This document shows positions 1 through 11,112 of a stretch of 64,000 nucleotides of DNA, in pieces. Positions within the stretch are counted from its first letter, which is position 1. Every line of letters begins with the position of its first letter. The translations under genes were made by a program, and so were the position numbers. The DNA is taken from the NCBI RefSeq assembly GCF_006345805.1, contig NC_043002.1, positions 56,296,001 through 56,360,000 of the forward strand, written 5' to 3'. The stretch comes from Octopus sinensis. Its lineage: Eukaryota. Below the pieces are notes generated by a model that did no database searches, was not told the origin of the DNA, and saw only the letters and a list, made by a program, of their open reading frames with translations.

Positions 1-231
1 ACAGTTGGAGAGAGAGAGAGAGAGAGAGAGAGAAATAGATGGTGCTGGACCTACCCACAGAGAACAGCAGAGCTGAGTATAAATAGTACAGAAGAGATAG
101 AAAGAATTTATTAAAATTTCAGTCCCTTGTGACTTTTGTCCCACCCTGTACATGCAACTGAAACAGACCAATGTAGAAATTTATTCCTGAGGTATTTGAG
201 AAGGAAGGAAATGAAGCATATCCAGACTTAC

Positions 232-299
232 CAAACACAGGTGCATCTTCAACAAGAATTTCTCTTTTTTGAGGAATTGGTGCTCGAACTTCATCAGTG
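232..299 (-). CDS. UBXN7: UBXN7 coding exon 3 (N-TDEVRAPIPQKREILVEDAPVF-G); gene continues beyond the left edge
   Basis: Acceptor TTGGCAG, donor G|GTAAGT, 68 nt, phase 2 to phase 1. Near-identical to the UBXN7 signature EEVRAPIPQKQEILVEPEPLFG. Confidence 0.93.
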
Positions 300-426
300 C
301 TGCCAATTAAAGGTATTGAAACATAAGTTTACAAACTTACAATACATGAGGGATCATCACAAAATACATAATGCAAACAGTTCTTTACAACCATTGGTAG
401 ATTTCCTAATTCATTTTTATGTTAGA

Positions 427-668
427 GTTATATAAAATCATCATCGTCCTCAAATAATGTCTTGTTTTCCATGCTGGAAGCTGTGAAGCCAAGAGCTGCA
501 CCACATCCCATAGTCTGCTTTGGCATGGTTGGATGCCCTTCCTAACTCCAACCACTTTACATGGAAACCATGCCAAAACAGACAATGGAGTGTAGTGCAG
601 CCTTCTGGCTTGACAGTACCTGTCAAACTGTCCAACCCATGCTAGCATGGACAATGGACATTAAATGA
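427..668. repeat. Two LINE-tail fragments in opposite orientation, back to back
   Basis: 427-562 reads in the CATCAT..TTTCCATGCTGG..GGATGCCCTTCCTAAC orientation; 563-668 reads GAAACCATGCC..CCCATGCTAGCATGG..TTAAATGA. Confidence 0.7.
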
Positions 669-1319
669 CAAAGTCGACGTTAGTCTGAAAAGCAAGAGTA
701 CTTATTGTGGTCTTCAGAGACTGTATTATGGGATAAATGGATGAATTCATTGTGATTAATATTTAATTTCAATTATTAGCGAACAAAAAAATAACAATCG
801 GCAGGGTGTTGTAAAGTTTTAGGAGAACATGTGAATCATCATCATAGTCGTTGTCTAACAACTACTTTTCCATGCTTCCATGGGTCAAATGGTATTTGAT
901 TAAGACAGATTTTCTGTAGTTGGGTGCCCTTCTTGTCACCAACCCAATCCAACCCCAAAAAGAGAGTAAATACACCTAAAACTAGCAGAGAGAAAATCAA
1001 GAAAAGAGGCATGCACACATTTGGTCTCTCCAGCAAATTTTATGTACAAATTTGTGATTAAATTACTGAGTATTGAAACAGCTGTAAGAAGCAAAGCTGA
1101 CTAATTTGTTAATAATAAATAATTGTTAACTTCCTTATCTCCATTTTCTTTTCTTCTTTTAACTGGATATAAACTATATGCTTAATATATACCTACTGCT
1201 TTAAGGGAATTTCATTCCCCAGCAATACTAGGTATTAAATCAGTATTTCCTGGTTGCAACCATCCCCATCTTGAGGTTAACATATCCTCTGATTATATAT
1301 ATATATAAATTTTTTTTCA

Positions 1320-2465
1320 AGTGCTCGTGAAGCTATAGGGTGATGTCTGGTAAACGGTCAAACACAATCTTCAATCCATGATGTCCACAACAATCGGCAC
1401 TATTAAGCGAAAAGACAAAATTGCTGAAAAAGTGAAACAAGCTCGATGCAACCAATCCGATACCTTCAGACAACTGCGCCATGAAGCTGCCTGTTCTGCC
1501 CACACTGATCAAAATAAATTCTGGAGGACGGTCGCTGAAGACATGGAATGCGCCGCATCTGCTGGGGACTCCCATAAGCTCTACAGCCCCCTTCGATCGA
1601 GCACAAAGACAGGCTGGAGTGGTAACGAAACCATTTTGGACCAGAATGGCGATCCCATGACCAATCTCACTGAGCGCATCATCTGCTGGAGAGGCCATTT
1701 CGCCAATCTGCTGAACCACGACCACCAGCACCGCTTATCTGTTCCTGCAATCCCAACCTTGTATAACTGCCAAACAGCTCTCCCCACACTTAAAGAGGTC
1801 CTTGCTGTTATCAGAAAGCTCAAAAATAACAAAGCTGCGGGCAAAGATAACATTCCTGCTGAGATCCTCAAGCATAGTGCAAATATACTGGGGCCCGCGA
1901 TTCATCAAGTTATCACCTGGGTTTGGGATACGGAAACCCTCCCCCAAGACTGGAGTGACGCAACACTGGTACCTTTCTTTAAGAAAGGTGATAAACGCTG
2001 CTGCAGCAACTACCACGGCATCAGTCTGATTGACGTTTCTGCCAAAATATTTGCACCTATTCTTCTGAAATGATTCCAATCAGAACGTGACTCTAGAACA
2101 AGACCAAACCAGTATGGCTTCTGTCCAAGTCAAGGCTGCACCGATCAAATCTTCACCCTAAGATGAATCCTCGAACACCGTTGGTGCTTTCAGCAAAAAA
2201 CAGTCATAGGCTTTGTTGATTTTGCTGCTACATTCGACTTCGTCGATTGTGACACCCTCTGGAAGGTCATGCAGTCAGATGGTATCCCACCTAAACTTCT
2301 TAATCTTATCAAAGCTTATTACCGTTCAACAAGATCCCGCGTACGCGTGTATGGTGAAGTGTTGGAACCCTTCGAAATACGATCTGGCGTTTGGCAAGGA
2401 TGTGTTCTTTTGCCAACTCTTTTCAATTTCGCCATCGACGGGATCACCACAAATGCATTAAGGAA
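1320..2465 (+). mobile_element. RTE-clade non-LTR retrotransposon, internal RT fragment (degenerate)
   Basis: ORF 1378-2073 and its continuation give RT motifs KLKNNKAAGKDNIPAEILK, LPQDWSDATLVPFFKKGD, NYHGISL, NQYGF, GCTDQIFTLR, FVDF and GVWQGCVLLPTLF. In-frame stops at ~2071 and ~2164. Confidence 0.92.
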
Positions 2466-2469
2466 GTTA

Positions 2470-2960
2470 GAATAGAATGAATTTAGAATAAAGATAGGAA
2501 TTCACCAGAGCTCAGTTTCCATCTGCCTCCTATTCAGCATAGTCCTTCAGGCCATAAGAGAGAAATTTAAGACCAGCTGCTACTATATGCTAATAATCTT
2601 GTTCTTATAGTGGAATCTGTAGCAGAATTGGTAACGAAATTCAGGTTTGGAAACAAAAACCTGGAATCAAAGGGCCTTAAAGTTAACTTAGCAAAGAGCA
2701 AAGTTGTAGTAAGCAAGAAAACAGACAGTAGTCACTCTTATCAAGTAAATGGCTCTGCTCAAAATGTAGGAAAGGGAGGACTTCCATACAGTGCAAACAA
2801 TGGACACACAAGAGGTTAACAAGGAAAGTAGTCTTTGTGTGTGGGAGATGTAGAGGAGGAGTAATAAACATTATGGACTCTTGGGAATTTGATTTCCTGA
2901 AATGGCCAGGAGGATCCTTAGAGGTAGTAGCAGGTTTCTGTTATCTGGAAGACCTAGCAA
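2470..2960 (+). mobile_element. Second LINE (RTE-X-like) RT C-terminal fragment, heavily degenerate
   Basis: Reads EFRIKIGIHQSSV..LLFSIVLQAIREKF..LLYANNLVLIVESVAEL..LESKGLKVNLAKSKVV, which is degenerate GVHQGS / LLYADDL. Same family as 41440-42915, 44615-45775 and 50995-51868. Confidence 0.8.
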
Positions 2961-3005
2961 TGGTGGAGAATATTCTAAAAGTGTAGTTTTATAAATATAT
3001 ATATA

Positions 3006-3512
3006 ACCCGTGGCCTATACCTGGTATGTAGCCAGTCGACTTATACATACCTTTCCTTCTTGGGACACAAAACTCCACTTGTGAAGACCCGTTGAGGCAA
3101 GTGAAAATCCAAATCAAAATCAAACTAAATCAAATCAGATATCAGAAAGCAGAACCAAAATCGAAGTCGATCAACATCAATGGAAATTGCAGCTGTGATA
3201 CCAGTGCCGGTGACAAGTAAGCGAACCATCCGATCGTGGCCAGCACCACCCCGACTGGCCTCCGTGCCGGTGGCACGTAAAAAGCACCATCCGATCGTGG
3301 CCATTGCCAGCCTCGCCTAGTCCCCGTGCCGGTGGCATGTAAAAAGCACCCACTACACTCACGGAGTGGTTGGCGTTAGGAAGGACATCCAGCCATAGAA
3401 ACACTGCCAGATCAGACTGGGCCTGATGCAGCCTTCTGGCTTCACAGACCCCAGTTGAACCGTCCAACCCATGCTAGCATGGAAAGCGGACGCTAAATGA
3501 TGATGATGATGA
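3006..3512 (+). mobile_element. 3' end of the RTE-X-like LINE, with internal ~55-bp repeats and a (GAT)n tail; CpG-rich, apparently young copy
   Basis: Ends CCCATGCTAGCATGGAAAGCGGACGCTAAATGATGATGATG. The same sequence is physically joined to RT-coding sequence at 44615-45775. Confidence 0.8.
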
Positions 3513-4683
3513 TATAGGCATAGTAGTGGCTGTGTGGTAAGTAGCTTGCTTACCAGCAGTTCAGCAAAAGAGACCAATAGAATAAGTACCAGGCTTAAAA
3601 AGAAGAAGTCCCGTGGGTTAATTTCCTCAACTAAAAGGCAGTGCTCCAGCATGGTCGCAATCAAATGACTGAAATGTGCAAAAGACTATATACATATATG
3701 TGTGTGTGTGTGTATATACACACACACACATATGCCACTATTGTTTCATATCATTAGACTGTGGCCATGCTGGAGCACCACCTTGAAGGGTTTTAGTTGA
3801 ATGAAATGACCCCAGCACTTAACAAACCAACACCAGTTATCAGTGGGGATGGGGCAAACAGACACAAATATATATTCATACACAAATTTATACAAACAGA
3901 GGCTGAGTACCCCACAGGTACTTGTACCCTTAATATAATCCTCAAGCAAAATCAGTATGACACGGTGTGACATGACCAGTCATTCAGGGACAGTGCCTGC
4001 AGCAACCCTCTTCTCACTCCCAATTTCCATCTACCCACTTTCACTAAAAATCATGGATTGAATTGTGGTGATGGAGGAAAGTATTTACTCAAGATGCCAG
4101 AGTTGAACTGAACTGGAAACCTCATCATTAAGAAACAAACTTCATACTCACTCAGTCGTGTTTGCAACCACAGCATCTACACACACACACCCACATACAA
4201 ACACACATGTACTGTTTGGCTCGGTACAGGTATGGCTGTATGGCTAAGAAGCTTGATTCCTAATCATGTGGTTTAGTATTCAGTTCCACTGTGTGGCACC
4301 TTGAACAAGTGTTTACTAAGGTTAGCACCAGGACAACCAAACCTTTGTCAGTGAATTTGGAAGACAGAATCTAGAAGCCCATCCTGTGTGTATGTGGGTG
4401 CCTGCATGTGTGTCCATGCATTTGTGTGTACCTTTGCTTTCACATTATCTGATGGTTGTAAACAGATATCACCATCACACAAGCAAGGTTGTTCGTCTTC
4501 TATCTTTCCTGAAAAACATGCCTGGCCAGGGAGTAATATTACCTTACTTGGAAACAGGTGAGGGTTAGCAACAAGAATGGTATCTGCCTCAACAAATTAC
4601 ATCTGACCAATGCAAGCAGAGAAAAGTAGACATTAAAATGATGATGATGATGGTGACGTAGACACACATGCATCATATATTAA

Positions 4684-4902
4684 CCCTTTCGTTACTGTAT
4701 TTATTGAGATGCTCTGTGTTTCTTTCAATTAATTTTAAATATAACAAAGTATTTAGTAAACTAACTTAGTTATCATGAAGCTAGTGTTAGGCACATAAAT
4801 TGTGACTAAGGTTTGGTGGAAGACTTTAATTTATAACTTATGAAAACAAGACATTTGTACTTAGAGCCAGAGCTGGTTTCAGCTGGATTGGTATCAACAG
4901 GG
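4684..4902 (+). mobile_element. piggyBac-type MITE (family A)
   Basis: TTAA at 4680-4683 and 4903-4906, with termini CCCTTTCGTTAC...GTATCAACAGGG. Homologous to 5993-6214 and 29351-29621. Confidence 0.85.
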
Positions 4903-4906
4903 TTAA

Positions 4907-5961
4907 CCCTTTCGTTACCAAACCGCCCAAAGCTGGCCGAAAAAAATTTTGGTTAATGTGACCAAACCCGCCCGTATTTACCTATTCATATTTAAATGAG
5001 AATATCAGAGCCAATATCTCTTTAGTACATTCGTGAAAACACGTATTATACTTCGTAAACAGTTCAACTACAGTTTTGTACAACAATCAAAGTGTAATTT
5101 TAATTCCGTGAATTTTGGGAGATTTTTTTCTGAAATTTGTTCCTATTGTGTTTTCAAAATTTGTAATTCTGACAAAAAATGGATACGAATTTCATTATAT
5201 CAAGCAGCGAGTCAGAATTCGAAGGATTTTCTACTGAAGACCTTCATAAATCTAACTCTATGACTGAAAAAAAAAAGCACGTGGTATTTGATAATGAATC
5301 TGATGTTTTATTTTCCGAAAGTGAAAACAGTGAATCCGAGAGCTCCGACAGTGATAAAGAAAATGAATTGGCACCTGAATGGAGTGAAAATTTAAAAACT
5401 GTTTCTTTCGGTGATTTTTCTGAAGAAACTGGACCAAGCCACAGACTTTCCAAGGAGAGTAAAGCCTTAGACTATTTCTTTTTACTTTTACGAATGAGCC
5501 TATTTGAAATCATTACGGCGGAAACGAACCGAAAGAAAGGACAGTTAGTGGTTTCCCACAACCTTAAATGAAATTAAGACTATTTTGCCATAAATATTAT
5601 TATGGGTATCAGAAAGTTACCCAGAATAACAAATTCTATCGTAAAATTTTGTTGTATACCCAATTGAATATTAGCTAATAACCCATTTTCTATAGCAATG
5701 TTTGAACAAAATTTTAATAATTTTATATTTTGTTGAATTTACCTGTATCTACCTGCAATTAGAGTCACTTTGTGACAAAAATTATAGTATAGAATTGGTT
5801 GAGAATATTTCATTAAATTATCTTCCAAAAATCAGATTAATATATTGATAAATAAAAAAGTTATAGTTGTTTAATGAAACCAGACTAAATTTATGATTAT
5901 GTTAGAAATTAATTGAAACACATAAGGGGTGTATTTTGGTCAGAAATATATAACGAAAGGG
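4907..5961 (+). mobile_element. Internally deleted piggyBac transposon carrying the transposase N-terminus
   Basis: TTAA TSDs (4903-4906, 5962-5965) and TIR CCCTTTCGTTA/TAACGAAAGGG. ORF 5179-5571 has an acidic Ser-rich N-terminus, then FSEETGP..KALDYFFLL..LFEIITAETNR, followed by frameshifted EIK.YFAINIIMGIRKLP (piggyBac DDE_Tnp_1_7-like). Confidence 0.88.
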
Positions 5962-5992
5962 TTAAGAGTTGTTTCTCTATTATATATTTTAA

Positions 5993-6214
5993 CCCTTTTG
6001 TTACCATATTTCTGTTGAGATGCTCTGTGTTTCTTTCAATTAATTTTAAATATAAAAAAGAATTTAGTAAAATAATTTAGTTATCATTCAGCCAGTGTTA
6101 GGAACACAAATTGTGACTAAGATTTGGTGGAAGATTTTAATTCAAAACTTATGAAAACAAGACATTTGCACTACAGAGCCTGAGCTGGTTTCAGCCAGGT
6201 TGGTATCGAAAGGG
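5993..6214 (+). mobile_element. piggyBac-type MITE (family A), second copy
   Basis: TTAA at 5989-5992 and 6215-6218, termini CCCTTTTGTTAC...GTATCGAAAGGG, collinear with 4684-4902. Confidence 0.85.
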
Positions 6215-6990
6215 TTAATATACATATACCACATACCAGTCATGGAACACATGTAAGTCAACATGTGCACACACATGCATGAGTGAGTATTATGTGTGGT
6301 TTGATATATGCTCATAACAACATATTCAATGTTAGCCAGAATTTTTTTTGGTTTTTCATTTGTTGTAGTACAAGTCCCAGGGACTCATCAGGATGGCTGC
6401 CCAATTTCCATGGCATACAAGTGGCTGAGATCATAATTTCAAACAATTGCAGAATTACTCATTTACAACTGACTGGACTGGAGTAACATGATATGAAGTG
6501 TTTTCCTCAAGAGCACAACATGCCACCTGGTCTGGGAATTGAAACAACGATCTAGCTATCAGGATTACAAAACCCGAACCACTAGGCCACACATCATCAC
6601 TAAAATCGTACACTTATGCTTAAATCATAATTTACGACATGAGATTAATTGAACAGATATTTAAAGAATTGTTAGGCGTGGCTGTGTGGTAAGAAGTTTG
6701 CTTTCCCAACCACATAGTTCTGGATTCAGTCCCACTGCATGGCACCTTGGACAAGTGCTTTTTTTTTTTAATTACTAAACCATTGGGCTGAACAAACCCT
6801 TGTGAGTTGATTTGGTAGATGGAAACCAAAAGAAGCCTTTGTGCGTGTCACTGTGTCTGTCCCACCCATCACTTGATAACCAGTGTCGGTGTGTTTACAT
6901 CCCCATAACTTAGGTGGTGTCCCAATATGGCTGAAACAAGTTAAAGATTTAGGGAGGGGGAAAAAAGATAAAAAGTAAAACTGCATTTAC

Positions 6991-7141
6991 TTATTTGAAA
7001 TACTTGATTTTGTACTTGTACTTCCCTTTTCGGAATTGGGAAGCATAATGCTAGTGTTTCCATCCATGTGCATTTCCACAGCCATTTGGAGATCCCCGTT
7101 GCATGCTTCTATCATCCGTTCTCCAACATCGGCAGTGACAC
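6991..7141 (-). CDS. UBXN7: UBXN7 coding exon 2 (G-VTADVGERMIEACNGDLQMAVEMHMDGNTSIMLPNSEKGSTSTKSSISN-), remainder of the UBA-like domain
   Basis: Acceptor TTTTGCAG, donor AA|GTAAAT, 151 nt, phase 1 to phase 2. The translation resembles vertebrate UBXN7 ASESVGKHMLEACNNNLEMAVTMFLDG. Confidence 0.92.
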
Positions 7142-7693
7142 CTGCAAAATTCAAATTATAATTGTTCACATTATTATGAATTATAATAATTTAATGGTGT
7201 AGCAGCTTGGGAGAAGCTAGAATGCGGAAATATAGAGCTTAACCCCTTTCTATACCAACCTGCTTAAGACCACTCCTGATTATGATTATCATCATCATCG
7301 TTTAACGTCCACTTTCCATGCTGGCATGGGTTGGACTATTTGACTGAGGACTGGCGAGCTAGAAGGCTGCACCAGGCTCCAATCTGATCTAGCAAAGTTT
7401 CTACAGCTGGATGCCCTTCCTAACACCAACCACTCCAAGAGTGTAGTGGGTGCTTTTATGTGCCACCAGCATGAGGGCCAGTCAGGCAATTTTACAGGAG
7501 CTAGCAAGTCAGAGGGCTGCACCAAGCTCCAGTTGTCTGTTTTGGCATGGTTTCTATAGCTGGAAGCCCTTCCTAACACCAACCCCTTTACAGAGCATAC
7601 TGGGTGCTTTCTATGTGATGTCATCAGGGGTGCTTTATACATAGTGTCAGCATGGGTGTGGCTAATTTCCAGTTTTAAAATGATTGTAATTAA

Positions 7694-7840
7694 ACCTTTC
7701 TATCAACATTTTATATTAATTTGTGTTTGAAACAACAGCTTAATAATGAGAAAGTTAGTTTACTAAATTCTTCACTATTTTTTTCAAAATTATTTGTAAC
7801 AAAGGCAGTATATTTCATCAGAAATATGGTAACAAAAAGG
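7694..7840 (-). mobile_element. Short TTAA-flanked MITE related to family A
   Basis: TTAA ACCTTT...AGAAATATGGTAACAAAAAGG TTAA. Confidence 0.6.
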
Positions 7841-8263
7841 TTAAGCTTATCTCAAACCAACACACAAGACAAGTCTGCAAATAATTTCCTGAGATGTCTT
7901 TGAAACTTCATACCATTACACAATGTAACATCAATAGCACTTTGGTGACAAGAATATTTATTTGAACAAATCGCATTAACTTCATTCAAACTACAGATCA
8001 GAAAAAGTGGCTTGAGGGGGATCAAACACAACGGAGCAGAAGTAGAGGAAAACATAATTCTCCAACATCTCACACATAAGTGGCAAAGATGGATAACTCA
8101 AATATCACCCACTACACATGGTATCTCATTCCACAAGTCAACAAAGAATTTCCTTTGTTGAAGATTTGAAATCTGCATTTCTGATACTGATTTCAGAACT
8201 GTCTACAATCCTTCAGTGTAGTTTCTCAGATGAATCCCAATTATTATTATTATTATTATTATT

Positions 8264-8596
8264 ATTACCTCTACGAAGGCGGACGTTCGTAGACAAGATA
8301 TCTTAAGAACTGCTGCATGGATTCAGATGAAACTTTCAGGGATGCTTGACTTCCATGACTGGCACAAACTGATTAGATTCTGGGATCAATCCAGTACCAG
8401 ACAAGAATTCTGGATTGTGTTTCCTTTTTTTTTTTTTTAACTTAATTTTTGAGAGTGGTCAGGTTCATTTTTAGTATTCTTATTTGTGACAACAGTCGAG
8501 TTTATTTAAGATATTCTCACTTTAAAAACCATTTCCAGCTAATCATTGAGAGGATATCAGTGTTGCCTTGGCAAAGGTTTGCGCTCTCTCAGTGCC
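8264..8596 (+). mobile_element. Non-autonomous Helentron-type element (HINE-like) inserted in (TTA)n
   Basis: Subterminal inverted repeat ACCTCTACGAAGGC (8267-8280) / GCCTTGGCAAAGGT (8565-8578), then a 3' hairpin GCGCT-CTCTC-AGTGC (8581-8595). T-rich flanks and no TSD. Confidence 0.65.
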
Positions 8597-10554
8597 CTTA
8601 TTATTATTATAATATTTGAAAAACATATTTTTCAGAATATTTGCCAAGATCATTACCATTCAACTCAGCAAGCCATGTGAATGCAAAAATCATCCAGACT
8701 GTTCCTTTTATTTGTTTCAATGTGTCAGTGTTTATCCCTTGCCTCTGCTTCACTACAAACATACTAGGCCACCAGCTTGAAGAATTACTGTTCAAATGAA
8801 TTAACTCCCAGTAGTTTTTTTTTTCTTTTTGTAAACTTGATACTCATTCTGTGGTGCACCTGAGCACTGTATACAAAAATTTCATTATTATTTCTAGTCT
8901 CTTTTTTTGAACCACTACGTTATGGGGATGTGAACACACTGACACCAGTTGTCAAGTGGTGTTGGGGGTCAAAGATACACATATATGCAACAGGCTTCTT
9001 TCAGTTTCTATCTACCAAATCCATTCACAAAGCCTTAGTCGGCCTGAGGCTATAGTCAAAAACACTTGCTCAAAGATGCCTCTAGGCCAATAGCACCAAA
9101 AGGAAAAAAAGAACCTAGTACATTCCATAAAGTGGTCAGCATTATGAAAGGCATCCAACCACAGAAACCATTCTGAAGTAGATTCTGGAGCAAGAAATGA
9201 GACTTTGGAGCCATCAGATGTTTCACCCTCCAACCCATGCCAGTATGGAACCTTGACATTAAAGGATAAAGATAACACTTTGCAGCAGGAAAGTGATAAC
9301 AAGAACAATTTCATCAAGATTCAATTGTTGGGTGATGTGCTGTACTTGTGAAGACCTGTTGAACCAAGTGAAATTGTAGTCGTGGTCAATGTCAGTACCG
9401 ACTTGTACCGGTGGTACATAAAAAGCGCGATTTAAGCGTTGGGCCTCATGGAGGTGTGGCAGGTGACCAAGACCATTGGTGATATACCATGCTTGTGTTA
9501 ACCTGTCAAGCCAAGTGAGACTGTAGGCGTGGTAAATGCCAGTGTCAGGTCAATGACACCTGTGCCATTAGTAAGTAAAAGGCACCCTTGGAGTGGATGG
9601 CATTAGGAAGGGCATCCAGCCATAGAAACCATGCCAAATCAGACTGGAATCCGGTGCAGATCCCTGGCTTACCAGTTTTTTCAGTCAAAACGTCCAACCC
9701 ATGCCAGCATGGAAACACAAGACTAAGGATTTTTGAATGACCACCTCATTGCCGACTATGCTACATCTCAACAACCCATATATAACATATATTCTTTGAT
9801 TGTACCAAAGTCTATTATATAAAATCATCACCATCATCATTTAACATGTTTTCCATGCTGGCATGGGTTAGACGGTTTCAGCAGAGCTGATAAGGCCAAG
9901 GGCTGCACCAGGCTCTGTTACCTATTTTGGCAATGGTTTCTACAGCTGGATGCCTTTCCTAACGCCAACCATGGCACAGAGTGTACTGGGTGCTATTTTA
10001 TGTGGCACCATCACCAGTATCACTTACACTGTAGCAAATACATCTTCCCGAGTACAACAGTGTCAAATGTCTTGTTCCTTAGTCTCATCTCCTTTGTAAG
10101 GCTCAACGTCTTGAGATTGAGGTTAAAATCACATTACTTATAAGTTTATTCAGTGTCTTCTACATTTCACTTAAGCGTATATCATTCAGATTTCTCTGCC
10201 AAAATAATAATGCTTATTTATTCACATTGTTTTCAATTAATCATGCATTATCTCATGGACTCAAGATTTCAAAGATGTGATTGTTTATTTTTAGAACGGC
10301 ATTGTAGGGTAGGCATCAGAGGATAGTTTTGAACATAAAACAAGTAGAATATTCTGTTCAAATATGGCCTGTTTAAATGCTAAGCCTTTTAAGTACTGAT
10401 AAAAATTAGCAAATGTATACATTGTTGTATTTCAAAAACTCAACATAGTGGTGGAAAACAAAAGTTTGGGAAACAGCATCCAAAATGCATTCTGAAAAAC
10501 CTAACAAAAAAAACAAAAAAACACAAAAAAACAAGCAGTGGCAGCATCAGTAGC

Positions 10555-11112
10555 AGCAAGCTCTCATAGCTTTTGATCTTAAATGATTGGAAGAGTTATC
10601 ATGTATATTGTTTTGTCTTGATATAAAAGAAGGACTACAGCAAATATTTTGCTCAATACTAAAGATTTCCTTGTCGTTTGTTTGACCGTAACTAGTTGAG
10701 CATGTCCCTTGGTAGCTGACGATATGTGCATCTATGATCACAAGCAGAAGTAGTGGGGGAGCATCATAGCCATGTGTTCAGAGGAATTCTTTGGAGTTTG
10801 AATAATTCACCTCTAGAAACATGGGTGTTTAATAAAACATCCTTAAACAAACCCTTATTCAGGGACCTTTTGAATGGGATGGGCTACTCGACCTGAAGAA
10901 AATTCTAACTAGGCCCCACCTGCAACATCATATGCTATTTATCTTGATATGAGATCACTATGTCATGCATATATGGCTGTGATGCATGTGCCTGGTGTAC
11001 CCTTATCAGGCAGGTAGTTATGATGGGTACACTGGGCTTCGTATGTTTTGCCCCAGTGTCATTTTAATGGCATGCACTGCTCGCTCACTGAATAATAATC
11101 ATAATAATAATA
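10555..11112 (+). repeat. Probable retroposon 3' end with (AAT)n tail
   Basis: Non-SINE ~550-bp segment ending GCTCACTGAATAATAATCATAATAATAATAA. The family is not established from this window. Confidence 0.35.

Noticed and set aside
136-435. 99-aa plus-strand ORF
   Set aside because: It is the antisense shadow of UBXN7 exon 3 and its flanking introns.
8660-8790. Phase 2-1 exon candidate that could bridge the orphan gene to UBXN7 exon 2
   Set aside because: Its acceptor and 5' part lie within a degenerate SINE, and the peptide is uninformative.
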